Shown here: one piece after another, positions 30,530-41,103 of the stretch
How positions within the stretch are numbered: the stretch's first letter is position 1
How the letters are laid out: each line of letters opens with the position of its first letter
NCBI GenBank assembly: GCA_035515355.1
Contig: DATJBL010000064.1
Span: 2,269-66,268, forward strand
Reading direction: 5' to 3'
DNA: 64,000 nt
From: Methylocella sp.
Lineage (GTDB): Bacteria; Pseudomonadota; Alphaproteobacteria; Rhizobiales; Beijerinckiaceae
The notes under the pieces: model-generated
What the model was told of the DNA's origin: nothing
Databases searched by the model: none
Seen by the model: only the letters and a program-made list of their open reading frames with translations
Program-made: the position numbers and the translations under genes

Positions 30530-32014
30530 CTAAAGCCTGGGTATGAGAGGATTGATATGCTCCAATGCGTCGGCCGTCGGCAGGAGACCCGTATCCCACC
30601 CGCCACCGAGCGCCTCGATCAGAGCAACGGCGGCAAGAAACCTGCTTTGCCTAACCGCGAGCGCCGATTCCTGGTCGGCGAGCAACATGGCTTCGCCCAC
30701 GACGACAGCGGTGAAGACAATGGTGCCTGCGCGATATTGGTTGAGCAGAATATTGACCTCTTCTTGCGCTGCCTTGACCGCTTCATCCGCGACCTTCTGC
30801 TGACGTGCCAAGATCCGGATTGCCGCAAGCTGGTCTTCCACTTGCTGGAACGCCGTCAGCACGGTCTGCCGGTAGGTAGCGACGCTCTGATAGTAGAGAG
30901 CCGTTGCGGACTCGACCTCCGCATTGCGCAGTCCCGCATCGAAGGCCGGTTGCACGACGGAGCCTGCGACTGTCCAAATCTCATTGGCGGCGGAGATCAC
31001 GAGCGCGCCTTTCCCCGTGAACCCGAACAAGCCAGATAGGCTGACGTCGGGATAGTAAAGGGCAATTGCGGCGCCAATCAAAGCATTTTCTTGCTGGACA
31101 TTGCGTTCGGATGCCGAGATGTCCGGCCGCCGTTCGAGCAGCGCTGAAGGCACGGTCACCGGAATCTCGGGGAGTTTGTAGCCAAGCGGTATCGGTTCGA
31201 TTGTCAATTCTGCCGGGGGTTTGCCCAGTAAGACGGCGATTGCATGTTCGAACTGCGCTCGCGTCACACCGACATTGATCGCTTGCGATTCGGTGGTGAG
31301 AACCTGCGCCCGTGCAGTCGCGACGTCCGCCATAGAGGCGGTGCCGGCCTTATACTGATTCTCGGTAATCTCGAGCGTCTTTTTATAGTCCACGACTGTC
31401 TCGTTGAGCAGCTTCTCCAACGCATCCGCAGCCCTTAAATTGTAATAAGCCGTAGCGAGGAGAGCCTGGGCCGAAAGCTTGGCATTTGCGAGATCAGCGG
31501 CGGAAACCTGGGCGCCTGCGACGTCGCTCTCGATCGTGCGGCGGATTTTCGCCCAAAGATCGAGATCCCAGGTGCCGGTGGCTGAAAGCGTGAAAACCCC
31601 AGTGGTCACGCCAGTTCCGAGAGCATTGCCGACCGCCGCCGCTCCGAAATGTGAACCAGTTTCATTGTAATTCAAGTTGACCGCGGGGAACAGCCCGGCT
31701 TGCGCCTGTTTGATGATGGCGAGCGATTGCCGGTAGGCGCCCTCGGTGGCAGCGACGGTCTGGTTGGAGAGTTCGACCTGCGGCTCGAAACCATCGAGTT
31801 TTGAATCCTTGAACACCGTCCACCAGAAGCCGCGGTCGCTCTCATCGACGGGCGTTGCGCGCTTCCAGCCTTTGAGCTCTTTATAGGCCGTTGGCACGGG
31901 TGCGGAAGGGCGCATATAGTCCGGCCCAACCGTGCAGCCAGAAAAGCCGGCGCTGAAAAGGCTCGCAAAAAAACCCGCCCAAGCTTTTGACCGGCGGTTA
32001 GGTTTGGGCCACAT
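30530..32014 (-). CDS. efflux outer-membrane factor lipoprotein, NodT family
   Basis: Lipobox FSAGFSGCTVGPDY, two TolC-type repeats, and a C-terminal ALGGGW motif. First gene of the 4-gene efflux operon. ATG 32014 is preferred; the ORF is open to 32062. Confidence 0.88.
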   Translation of the reverse strand: MWPKPNRRSKAWAGFFASLFSAGFSGCTVGPDYMRPSAPVPTAYKELKGWKRATPVDESDRGFWWTVFKDSKLDGFEPQVELSNQTVAATEGAYRQSLAIIKQAQAGLFPAVNLNYNETGSHFGAAAVGNALGTGVTTGVFTLSATGTWDLDLWAKIRRTIESDVAGAQVSAADLANAKLSAQALLATAYYNLRAADALEKLLNETVVDYKKTLEITENQYKAGTASMADVATARAQVLTTESQAINVGVTRAQFEHAIAVLLGKPPAELTIEPIPLGYKLPEIPVTVPSALLERRPDISASERNVQQENALIGAAIALYYPDVSLSGLFGFTGKGALVISAANEIWTVAGSVVQPAFDAGLRNAEVESATALYYQSVATYRQTVLTAFQQVEDQLAAIRILARQQKVADEAVKAAQEEVNILLNQYRAGTIVFTAVVVGEAMLLADQESALAVRQSRFLAAVALIEALGGGWDTGLLPTADALEHINPLIPRL

Positions 32015-32294
32015 GAGACAAGATAGCTCCGGCGTCGCGACTAGAGGGCGAGTTTTGCGCAATCCCGACGTCAGCCACTCTGCAACAACTGAAATGTGGC
32101 CAATTAGCTAGCCAATGCGGCAAGACTAAAGCCAAACCCAAAGCTTTGCTATTCACGAATCTTTGAGCCCGCCACCGTCGAGGGGCGGGAAACATCTCAT
32201 CCGGAGCCAACGTATGATAGCCGAGGCAAAAGCGATCTGCTTCCGGTTTTTCACGGTTAAGCTGATGTGCCAATAGCTTTCCTGGAGAGATAGA

Positions 32295-33188
32295 ATGTTA
32301 CCGTGGACTGATCGGGCTGGACGATTCGCTCCGTTGAAATGCGCGGCTTTTGCCGGCGTCCTAATACCAGCGCTTTGGATCGCCATCGAGGCAAGGTTTG
32401 ACTGGCTGGGCGAGCGCCCGGTTACGGAGGCCATTCATCAGTCCGGGCTTTGGGCGATACGTCTTCTTGCTCTGACCCTGGCGGTGACGCCTTTGCGGCG
32501 GGCATTGCGCTGGTCCAAGGTCGTCTCGATTAGGCGCATTCTTGGCGTGTCAGTCCTAGCTTACGCTCTTCTGCATTTCGCGCTTTACATCCTCAATCAA
32601 CACTTCGATGTGGCACATGTCGCGTCCGAAATTTTATTGCGGATCTATCTTGCGATCGGCTTCATCGCCTTTTGTGGATTATGTGCGCTCGGTGTGACTT
32701 CGACCGATGGCATGATCGCAAGGCTTGGAGCCGTAAGGTGGAAAAGCCTGCACAGGCTTATCTACGCAATAACAGTGTTGGTGACGGTGCATTTTTTCAT
32801 GCAGTCGAAGCTCGACATAACGCAGCCCATCATCATGGCCGGAATTTTTTCACTTCTTCTGATTCATCGGCTTTTGCAGAGCTGGGTTGGCGATCTGTCG
32901 CCTCTGCAATCGGGGGGAGTGGCTGTCGCCGTTGCTTGTGCAACTGCCTTGGGCGAGGCCCTCTGGTACGCCTTTTCCTATGGTGCACCATTGGTTCAGG
33001 TGCTCGCGGCCAATTTCGATTTTTCGCTCGCGGTGCGGCCTTGCTGGTTCGTGCTCGGTGCCGGGCTCATGCTTTCCCTTGCACGGCTGGCGCGGTCCTG
33101 GATGCCAATCGGCAAAGCTTCCTCTTCGCCCGGCGTGGAGAGGTCCTACCTTCGGTCGGGAGCAACTCCCTCCGATGGCATGGCCTAG
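32295..33188 (+). CDS. ferric-reductase-like transmembrane heme protein (MsrQ/YedZ-like) with C-terminal extension
   Basis: YedZ-like core (WAIRLLALTLAVTPLRR ... LLHFALYI ... GVTSTDGMIARLG ... WKSLHRLIYAITVLVTVHFF) plus about 90 extra C-terminal residues containing hydrophobic segments. No msrP is adjacent. Confidence 0.7.
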   Translation: MLPWTDRAGRFAPLKCAAFAGVLIPALWIAIEARFDWLGERPVTEAIHQSGLWAIRLLALTLAVTPLRRALRWSKVVSIRRILGVSVLAYALLHFALYILNQHFDVAHVASEILLRIYLAIGFIAFCGLCALGVTSTDGMIARLGAVRWKSLHRLIYAITVLVTVHFFMQSKLDITQPIIMAGIFSLLLIHRLLQSWVGDLSPLQSGGVAVAVACATALGEALWYAFSYGAPLVQVLAANFDFSLAVRPCWFVLGAGLMLSLARLARSWMPIGKASSSPGVERSYLRSGATPSDGMA

Positions 33189-33192
33189 TCCG

Positions 33193-33516
33193 TCAGCTTC
33201 TCTGCCCCTGTTCCGGAATTGCTGGGCTTTGAGCGGATCTCGATCTCTCGGCTTCGGATGGCGGTCTAGTCTGGCCAAAGCGACGTGGCACGGTGTCTTG
33301 GCGCGGAGCGCTCAAATCATCATGGCGAGGGAGGCTTCCATTTTTGGCAAGGAGACGTGCCGCCCGTTCGGCCGCCAGCGGATCGGAAAAACGCTGCCCT
33401 TCCATGACATTGAAAGGGCGAGCCGCCGAAAAGAAATTGAAACTATGGCTGTGCGAGTCCCGGGCGACGATGCCCGCTGTGCGGCCGCAAACCTCGATGA
33501 CATAGGCGTCGGGCAT
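33193..33516 (-). CDS. hypothetical protein
   Basis: SD GAGGAG lies 9 nt before ATG 33516 (MPDAYVIEVCGRTAGIVARD ...). No family recognised. Confidence 0.5.
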   Translation of the reverse strand: MPDAYVIEVCGRTAGIVARDSHSHSFNFFSAARPFNVMEGQRFSDPLAAERAARLLAKNGSLPRHDDLSAPRQDTVPRRFGQTRPPSEAERSRSAQSPAIPEQGQRS

Positions 33517-33903
33517 AGGCAGAGCTCCTCTAGGTCTCAAAAGGGTAATTCTATACACTAACTCATTTGTATCAACCTGAAGCGTTGGCCTCCGGGCGCC
33601 TCAGGCGCTGTCTGCGAATCGAGCATACACAATGAATAAGACGGGTAAGTTGAAGAAAAGGTGCCAGTTTCAAGGCGAATTATCCGCGGGAGGCCCCTTG
33701 ACCTTTTAGTAGAAAGCATTTCGCGTGCCAGCTCGAACTTCCGGCAATTGATCAGCTGCCGAATGCCTCATCACCCTTGAGCTCACGTGGGTTTCGGGGG
33801 TTTCCAAATCTCCTGAGAGAAAGCGTATGATCTGCAGGGATGGCCGGCTTTTTGGACCGCGATCAGGACAAAGAAAGGGCACGGTGAGGATTTGATCTTG
33901 GGT

Positions 33904-34836
33904 CTAATCAAAAAGGCTCGAAACGCTTTCTTCCTTCGCGGTCCGGGCGATCGCTTCGCCGATCAAAGGTGCGATCGAAACAATCCGGATGTTGTTGGAG
34001 ACCCGGATTGCTTCTGTTGCTTGAATGGTATCGGTGAGAACGAGCTCTTTGAGCCGGGAGGCGGAGATGCGCGCCACTGCGCCACCGGAGAGAACGCCGT
34101 GGGTGATATAGGCGTAGACTTCCTTTGCGCCCTTATCCAATAAGGCATCGGCAGCATTGCATAATGTGCCTCCCGAATCGACGATGTCGTCGACTAGAAT
34201 GCAGCTTTTTCCGGCAACGTCGCCGATGATATTCATGACCTCCGAATCGCCCGCGCGTTCGCGCCGTTTATCGACGATGGCAAGCGGGGCATCGATGCGT
34301 TTCGCCAAGGCGCGGGCCCTTATCACGCCGCCGACATCTGGGGACACCACCATGACGTTATCGAGTTCCAGCCGCTCCTTCATGTCCCGGACCAGGACCG
34401 GCGCTGCATAAAGATTGTCGGTTGGGATATCGAAGAAACCCTGAATTTGACCGGCGTGGAGATCCACGGTGAGGACACGGTCGGCGCCAGCCCGCGTGAT
34501 GAGATTGGCGACGAGCTTGGCCGAAATAGGCGTACGCGGGCCGGGTTTGCGATCCTGCCTTGCGTAACCGAAATAGGGGATTACCGCAGTAATGCGCCGT
34601 GCCGAGGCGCGCCGCAAGGCGTCGGTCATGATCAGCACTTCCATCAAATGATCGTTCGCCGGATATGACGTCGATTGCACGACGAAAGTGTCCTGGCCAC
34701 GCACATTCTCCTGAATCTCAACGAAAATCTCAAGGTCAGCGAAGCGGCGAACCTGGCATTTGGTCAAAGGAATGCCAAGATAGGCTGCTATGGCCTCCGT
34801 CAGGGCTCTGTTCGAGTTGCCGGCTAGTATCTTCAT
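33904..34836 (-). CDS. prs: ribose-phosphate pyrophosphokinase
   Basis: [21 protein letters not shown] ... [14 protein letters not shown] ... [14 protein letters not shown] 34836 is chosen inside the longer ORF. Confidence 0.95.
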   Translation of the reverse strand: MKILAGNSNRALTEAIAAYLGIPLTKCQVRRFADLEIFVEIQENVRGQDTFVVQSTSYPANDHLMEVLIMTDALRRASARRITAVIPYFGYARQDRKPGPRTPISAKLVANLITRAGADRVLTVDLHAGQIQGFFDIPTDNLYAAPVLVRDMKERLELDNVMVVSPDVGGVIRARALAKRIDAPLAIVDKRRERAGDSEVMNIIGDVAGKSCILVDDIVDSGGTLCNAADALLDKGAKEVYAYITHGVLSGGAVARISASRLKELVLTDTIQATEAIRVSNNIRIVSIAPLIGEAIARTAKEESVSSLFD

Positions 34837-34983
34837 CGCGTCCGTTACCCATTCGATCCATCGTTCGCGGGTCGCTTCCAGCCGCCCGCCAACCATAAAT
34901 GATTTCATAGACCGGCACGGCCAAGCGCCCCGAGGATCCGAAATCGCAGTCTTGAGCTAGAGCATCTAAACCCGCTTTGTCGG

Positions 34984-36129
34984 TTATTTACCCGATTTTA
35001 TCCGCGCCCATTCTCGATCAATGAACTTTTCGGTCGGCGAGTCGTAGTTCCTGGGAGGGAATAGCCGTTGCATGACGGACGCGTCGGGGTAAATCGACGG
35101 ATTTTCCGAAATGGTCTTGTCGATCGCGGATTTCGACGGCAGGACGCCATTGGCGAGATGGGTGAAGTTCGTATTGCGGGCGGCGATCTGAGGCCGCAAA
35201 AGGAAATCGATAAAGGCATAGGCTTCCTCGATATGCGGGGCATCCTTTGGAATTGCGAGATTGTCGAACATGATTGGGGCGCCTTCCTTGGGAATGGCGT
35301 AGTCGATCACAATTCCGTTTCCTGCCTCGCGCGCCTGGTCGCGAGCGTGGAAACTGTCTTCAGAATAGCCAACCGCCAGGCAAATGTCGCCATTAGCCAG
35401 GGCGTCGGCATATTCGGCGGCCCCGAATTTTTTCACATCGCGCGATAGGCTGCTCAAGAGATCGGCGGCGCGTTTGAGATCGGCTTGGCGGAAGGAGGCA
35501 GGGTCAATCCGCAGATAGTGCAAGGCGATCGCGAACAGATCATCGGGACTATCGAGAACGCCGACGCCGCAGCTGGAGAACTGCTTTAGATTTTCTGGTC
35601 TGAACAGGATGCTCCAAGAGTCGAACAAGGCAGCCGGGGCCGTTGGCGTTCCAGACGAAGCACCAGCTGGCGCGGTGCCGACAAGTTCCTTGGCCTTCTC
35701 GACATTGTAGGCGATGCCTGCCGTCGACCACAGATAGTTCACGGCATATTGGTTCCCGGGATCATAAACCGTCAGATGGGCCATCACCTCAGGCCAGAGA
35801 GTCTTGCTGTTCGGCAGCCTGCCCTTATCGAGCCTGAGATAGAGGCCTGCCGCGATCTGTTTTTGCAACAGGCGGCCAGATACGACCACGACATCAAAGC
35901 CGGTTCTGCCGCCTTGAAGCCGCGTCGCCAGGGTCCCGTCCGAATCGTAAGAGTCGTAGGTAACTTTTATTCCGGTCTCGTTGGTAAAGTCCTCGATGAC
36001 CCTGGGATCGATGCCGTCGCCCCACCCAAAGACATTGACGATCCTGCCTTGGGCGAATGCGGGAAGAAGGGCGAACATAAAGAGCCCAAACGCGCAACCA
36101 GCAATGCGAAAAATTTTCATTCGATCCAT
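34984..36129 (-). CDS. polyamine (putrescine/spermidine-type) ABC transporter substrate-binding protein, orphan
   Basis: Signal peptide (IAGCAFGLFMFALLPAFAQG) followed by a PotF/PotD-like sequence (NVFGWGDGIDPRVIEDFTNETGIKVTYDSYDS ...). No permease or ATPase genes are adjacent. Confidence 0.8.
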   Translation of the reverse strand: MDRMKIFRIAGCAFGLFMFALLPAFAQGRIVNVFGWGDGIDPRVIEDFTNETGIKVTYDSYDSDGTLATRLQGGRTGFDVVVVSGRLLQKQIAAGLYLRLDKGRLPNSKTLWPEVMAHLTVYDPGNQYAVNYLWSTAGIAYNVEKAKELVGTAPAGASSGTPTAPAALFDSWSILFRPENLKQFSSCGVGVLDSPDDLFAIALHYLRIDPASFRQADLKRAADLLSSLSRDVKKFGAAEYADALANGDICLAVGYSEDSFHARDQAREAGNGIVIDYAIPKEGAPIMFDNLAIPKDAPHIEEAYAFIDFLLRPQIAARNTNFTHLANGVLPSKSAIDKTISENPSIYPDASVMQRLFPPRNYDSPTEKFIDREWARIKSGK

Positions 36130-36261
36130 CGGGGCGGGATCCAGTCGAATTCGATTTGTCTTTTAGGAAGGAAATGGGATTCGCGCTAGGGCACGCTCCC
36201 CAAAAGCTGCGGGGTCGGCGCCGGCCGAAGCTCATACGGCGCAAAGCGGGAGGCAAATTCT

Positions 36262-37479
36262 CTATCCATCGCCCATCCGGGCGCGCAAATTTTCATCGAT
36301 CTTGTCGAGGAATCCGGTCGTCGACAGCCACCGCTGGTCGGCGCCGACCAGTAGCGCGAGGTCCTTCGTCATGTAGCCAGCCTCGACGGTCGCGACGCAG
36401 GTTGTCTCAAGTGTTTCCGCGAATTTCGCAAGTTCGGCATTGTCGTCGAGCTTTGCACGATGCGCCAGACCTCGCGTCCATGCAAAAATTGAAGCAATCG
36501 AATTGGTCGAGGTTTCCTTGCCCTTTTGATGTTCCCGGTAATGCCGGGTCACGGTCCCGTGCGCGGCCTCGGCTTCGACAGTTTTGCCGTCCGGGGTCAT
36601 GAGGACCGATGTCATCAGACCTAGCGATCCGAAGCCTTGGGCAACGGTGTCAGATTGAACGTCGCCATCATAATTCTTGCACGCCCAGACATAGCCGCCG
36701 GACCATTTGAGCGAAGAGGCGACCATATCATCGATAAGACGATGCTCGTACGTGAGGCCGGCCTCGCTATAGGCACTTTTGAACTCCGTTTCGTAAACCT
36801 CCTGGAACAAGTCCTTGAAGCGGCCATCATAGGATTTCAGGATCGTGTTCTTCGTCGATAGATAGACCGGATATTTGCGGGTGAGCCCATAATTCATCGA
36901 AGCACGGGCGAAGTCACGGATTGAGTCGTCGAGATTATACATGGACAAGGAGACGCCCGGTCCTGGATAATCATAGACCTTTCGTTCGATGACTGTGCCA
37001 TCGTCGCCTTCGAATCTAATGGTGACTCGGCCCTTGCCGGGGATCTTGAAGTCGGTCGCGCTATATTGATCGCCGAACGCATGACGGCCGATAACGATTG
37101 GCCGTGTCCAGCCGGGCACAAGGCGTGGAACGTTCTGACAAATGATAGGTTCGCGGAAAATCACGCCGCCGAGGATATTGCGGATCGTGCCATTCGGCGA
37201 TTTCCACATCTGCTTGAGCTTGAACTCCTCGACCCTTGCTTCGTCGGGGGTAATGGTCGCGCATTTGACGCCGACGCCGTGTTTTTTGATGGCATTCGCG
37301 GCTTCCACCGTAACCTGATCATTCGTCGCGTCGCGGTTTTCGATCGAAAGGTCATAATATTCGAGTTGAATGTCGAGGTAGGGATGGACAAGCTTGTCTC
37401 GTATATAATGCCATATAATCCGTGTCATCTCGTCGCCATCAAGCTCGACAACCGGATTTTTAACCTTAATCTTCTTCAT
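36262..37479 (-). CDS. icd: NADP-dependent isocitrate dehydrogenase (eukaryote-like ~404-aa type)
   Basis: [23 protein letters not shown] ... full-length match to the homodimeric NADP-IDH family. Confidence 0.95.
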   Translation of the reverse strand: MKKIKVKNPVVELDGDEMTRIIWHYIRDKLVHPYLDIQLEYYDLSIENRDATNDQVTVEAANAIKKHGVGVKCATITPDEARVEEFKLKQMWKSPNGTIRNILGGVIFREPIICQNVPRLVPGWTRPIVIGRHAFGDQYSATDFKIPGKGRVTIRFEGDDGTVIERKVYDYPGPGVSLSMYNLDDSIRDFARASMNYGLTRKYPVYLSTKNTILKSYDGRFKDLFQEVYETEFKSAYSEAGLTYEHRLIDDMVASSLKWSGGYVWACKNYDGDVQSDTVAQGFGSLGLMTSVLMTPDGKTVEAEAAHGTVTRHYREHQKGKETSTNSIASIFAWTRGLAHRAKLDDNAELAKFAETLETTCVATVEAGYMTKDLALLVGADQRWLSTTGFLDKIDENLRARMGDG

Positions 37480-37683
37480 CGTTGCTGCCTTCGGCTAGTT
37501 CGGAATATCGAGATGCTAGGATTTCGCTTTGCCTTATCTGGACACGGAGGGATCTCGGCATCCGTCGCCGAAGCTCCGCGCGTCGGGGCTCCATTCACCA
37601 ACTCTGCTCGAAGTCGTCAACCTCGTGGGGGTGGTTGAGGATCCGGCTTTTCCGGCGCCGCTCCAAATCCACGAGATGGTCAC

Positions 37684-38436
37684 TCATTTTGGCTGGTCGG
37701 AGTGCAGCGATTGGGCCATGGCCGGGTCAACGTCAGCGACAAGAGATTCGAAGATCGGTTGATTCTGGGGCCAAGCGTTGCGATAGGCGACAATGATGGC
37801 TTGCTGCAATTCCGGCGCGCTGTTTAAAATCTCCCGTAGATCGCTTTTAACAAAGGTCTGCATATCCTTGTCCGAGAGGGCGTTTGAGGTTGCTGCACGT
37901 TCAAGGCGCCACGGGGCAAGGGCCGGCGCACTCGGCGCGGTGAAATAAGACATTTCGAGAAGCATTCCGACGCGGTTCTCGGCGTCCGGCGACGTGGCCG
38001 GAAGTTTGGCCAGGAACAGCCACGCCGCACCATTGATGGGCGCCAGGGCGAGTGCCGACTCCGCATCGGCTTTGGCTTTGGCGAGTTGTTCCAAGTCCGC
38101 CCGGCTAAGACTGGCCGAATGGTCGCTCCACATGAAGCGTGCGTAGGTGAATGCCGCTTTGGCCCAGAGATCCCCCCTGACCACGCCAATTTCCGCCGCT
38201 GCAGTCGCGCCTGCCCGGTGCGCGGCGGCGGCTTCCGCGACGCTACGATCGAACGGAAGACCAGCGATCTTCGGGCTCAGCAAGTCCGGAATCAACATCC
38301 AGATGCCGGAAAGCCCGAGAACAATGCCGAGGGTAAAGAGGGCCGGGCGTAACCTCGTGGGGTATGTGGATAGCATGGATTTCTGCCTTGCCTGGAGATT
38401 ATGGAGCAGCGAATTGGGCAGGTTTGACATCGACAT
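37684..38436 (-). CDS. hypothetical membrane-anchored protein
   Basis: One N-terminal TM segment (ALFTLGIVLGLSGIWMLIP) and an Ala-rich helical remainder. No family recognised. Confidence 0.55.
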   Translation of the reverse strand: MSMSNLPNSLLHNLQARQKSMLSTYPTRLRPALFTLGIVLGLSGIWMLIPDLLSPKIAGLPFDRSVAEAAAAHRAGATAAAEIGVVRGDLWAKAAFTYARFMWSDHSASLSRADLEQLAKAKADAESALALAPINGAAWLFLAKLPATSPDAENRVGMLLEMSYFTAPSAPALAPWRLERAATSNALSDKDMQTFVKSDLREILNSAPELQQAIIVAYRNAWPQNQPIFESLVADVDPAMAQSLHSDQPK

Positions 38437-38530
38437 GATTTGCGAGCCGGGAAAACCAGAATCATCACAAACGATCGTTTTGGTGGCAGAAGCCTAAAGC
38501 ACCATGCGGGCCGGCCAAACCGGATAATTT

Positions 38531-39271
38531 TTAAAGGAAGAGGATCTTGTCTTGCTCTAATTTTAGGCAGGTCAAGCGGCCGGTTGCATAAGCTCCCGTG
38601 TCGATGTTGATGCGGTTTGTCCGCACGTCCGGTTCCCTCACCGGGGTATGGCCATGCACGATGATCTTTTCGAACGGTTCTTCGTGCAGTAAGAAATCAT
38701 CTCTAATCCAAAGCAGATCTTCCTCACGTTGGCGGGAGAGAGGCCTTCCTGGCCGCACGCCAGCATGGGCGAAGAAAAAATCCCCGCAAGCGAAACACAG
38801 CTTGAGATCAGCGAGAAACTCGCCGTGGCTCTTTGGCATGGCGTTCGAAAGACCCAAAGCAAGATCCGCCTGTTCCTTGGGACTTGCGTTGATCGTCGGA
38901 GTTAGTCCGTACGAGACGAGCGTCGGCAAGGCTCCATAATGCGCCCATGATGCGAGAATGCGCGGATTTTCGAGAAATTCTGAAAGATAGATTTCATGGT
39001 TGCCCTTGAGGCACGTCATGCGATGGCCGCCGGCACGTTCGATCAATAGATCCAAGACGGCGGCGGAATCCTGCCCCCGGTCAATGTAATCGCCGAGAAA
39101 GATATGAATGGTTTCGGCTATGGGGTTGTTTTTGATGTCCTCATCGATCCGCGCGAACAATTGTTTGAGTAGATCTGCCCTTCCGTGAACGTCACCGACC
39201 GCATAAATCCGCAGCCCCTCGGGAACGAGCGGCCGTACGGGAAGTACAGAAGTACGACGCAATTTCAACAT
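38531..39271 (-). CDS. metallophosphoesterase (PPP-family Ser/Thr phosphatase / ApaH-like)
   Basis: Motifs GDVHGR, GDYIDRG, GNHE and HGHT. ATG 39271 (MLKLRRTSVLP) is preferred; the ORF is open to 39361. Confidence 0.85.
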   Translation of the reverse strand: MLKLRRTSVLPVRPLVPEGLRIYAVGDVHGRADLLKQLFARIDEDIKNNPIAETIHIFLGDYIDRGQDSAAVLDLLIERAGGHRMTCLKGNHEIYLSEFLENPRILASWAHYGALPTLVSYGLTPTINASPKEQADLALGLSNAMPKSHGEFLADLKLCFACGDFFFAHAGVRPGRPLSRQREEDLLWIRDDFLLHEEPFEKIIVHGHTPVREPDVRTNRINIDTGAYATGRLTCLKLEQDKILFL

Positions 39272-39466
39272 TTCAATGAGCGCTCGACTCTTCAGCTTCC
39301 TAAGAAAATATTGCGCGATGCAACATGGCTTTGAGAATGCCGGTTCGTGACGCGCTGTCAATAGGGGGCGGAGAAGGTTTCTCGCCGTAGCACTCGCTGG
39401 AAGACTATCAAAGCTTGCAACTTCGCTGATCCTGAAGACTGAAAACTAAACTGCTTCATCAAACGC

Positions 39467-40987
39467 CTAAAACAAATCGATGGCGGCCAAGTTCGAATAG
39501 GCGCGCATCGCTTTATTAAGTTCCTTTTCTATCCCCTTCTTCGATTGCGGGGGGCGTTGGTCAGTGGACTTCGCGCCGTAATCGATGGGCGCTCCGTCTC
39601 CCCAGACCCCGCTTTCCAAGAATTCGGCAAGGGCCTCTTCGTCGCGGATAGTGCCGAGCGCCGTTTGCAGCTTTTCGCAGCAATCGATAAGCTTTTTCAA
39701 GCGCTTGCGCTCCTGTGCGATGCCCGGGACATCGACGAAGGGCTCCGCCATATAGCGCAGCTCCTTTGCCGTTATGCGAAGCTGGTGGCGGGGGCCGGGC
39801 GCGAGATGGGCGAGATCAGCGCCTTGCTTCACGAGTTTCTTGTGGCGCTTCTTCAGAGCGAGGCTGACAAAGCCTTGCAACGGCTCTCTCAGGATACTGG
39901 AAGGCTGTCTCAGCCAGCGTCCATCGTCGAGCCAAACCCCGAGTTCAAGAAGCAAGATGCGGCCCCGTTCGCTGTTCAAGGCATCGACTGCAGCTTGGCG
40001 TGCATGCAGACGCTCGGCTTGGCAACGGCCGACAAGGTCTTTCACCCGCGCAGTTTGCCCACCGGCGATCTGCTGCAAGCGCTCTTGTAAAACGTCGAGA
40101 TCTCGCGCCGCGCCAAGCAGCCGTGCGAGCCATTTCAGTTCGGCGCGAATGTTTCCATATGCGATGTCGAAGACCATGGGTTTAAACAGCGCCAAGGCGG
40201 CGCGAAGGCGCCTGATCGCGACGCGCGCCTGGTGAACTGCCTCGACATTGTCGAGTTTCTCGAACCCAGGCCTGTTCAATTCGAAGTCATGAAGGCAGGT
40301 CCGGCAAATTTCCTGGAAGGCTTGCTCGCAGGTCATGTCCTTGCCAAGGCGCGGCTTTGATCCTTTTGCCGCTTGGCCAAAGGCGCCCTCCGCAAGAAGG
40401 TGACCCCGTTCGGCCTTGCTGATCGAGCTTGGATGGAGCGGCGCTTGCGATACGAACGCGCGGGCAAGATTGAAAAGGGCCGGACGTGGCCCGCTCCTCA
40501 ATTCAAGTTCGAATTCCCGCACCCCAAGTTTTTCGCCAGCTGCTTCGATTGCGCCTCGATCGATTGAGGCTTCGATCACGCCGCCGCCTGCCTCTAGCCA
40601 ATGGGATGTCCGCTCGACATTCACCTCGAAGGCGGGCCTCAGGGCCGCACGGATGGAAGGTTTGGCGGCAAGACGCGCGAGCGGCGTTTTTTTGATCAGG
40701 TCAAAGTCGGGCGCGAGCGCATCGGTTGCGTTTTCCCATTCCTCCCGATCGACACCAGAGGAGGAGTGCCGCTTGACGGTTTGAACGTAGCTTTTCCCGC
40801 TCGCCTCTACTCGTAAACTGAACCCATGCTTCCATAGATCCGAATTTGGCGTGTCGAAATAGACCGCCCGATGGCGCTGATGGAGCGGTGGTCTTACGGC
40901 CGAGACCCCCGAAATCAATCCGTTGATTTTGGCTAAGTCTCTTTCCCCAAATAGGAATTTGAATTCGACTTCGCCGCCGGCAGCCAT
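39467..40987 (-). CDS. CYTH and CHAD domain-containing protein (triphosphate tunnel metalloenzyme fused to a polyphosphate-granule-associated domain)
   Basis: N-terminal ExExK motif (EVEFKFL) and CYTH-like strands. C-terminal CHAD-like helices (VHQARVAIRRLRAALALFKP ... HQLRITAKELRY). Confidence 0.85.
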   Translation of the reverse strand: MAAGGEVEFKFLFGERDLAKINGLISGVSAVRPPLHQRHRAVYFDTPNSDLWKHGFSLRVEASGKSYVQTVKRHSSSGVDREEWENATDALAPDFDLIKKTPLARLAAKPSIRAALRPAFEVNVERTSHWLEAGGGVIEASIDRGAIEAAGEKLGVREFELELRSGPRPALFNLARAFVSQAPLHPSSISKAERGHLLAEGAFGQAAKGSKPRLGKDMTCEQAFQEICRTCLHDFELNRPGFEKLDNVEAVHQARVAIRRLRAALALFKPMVFDIAYGNIRAELKWLARLLGAARDLDVLQERLQQIAGGQTARVKDLVGRCQAERLHARQAAVDALNSERGRILLLELGVWLDDGRWLRQPSSILREPLQGFVSLALKKRHKKLVKQGADLAHLAPGPRHQLRITAKELRYMAEPFVDVPGIAQERKRLKKLIDCCEKLQTALGTIRDEEALAEFLESGVWGDGAPIDYGAKSTDQRPPQSKKGIEKELNKAMRAYSNLAAIDLF

Positions 40988-41103
40988 GCAACCCGCCCGG
41001 GACCTTGCATAAGAGCTGTGGAAAAATAACCTCTCAGCTCCATTCTGTCACCTGCTGCCGTCCAAGAATGTGTCCGAAAAGCCTGCGACATCTTGGATCA
41101 AGG

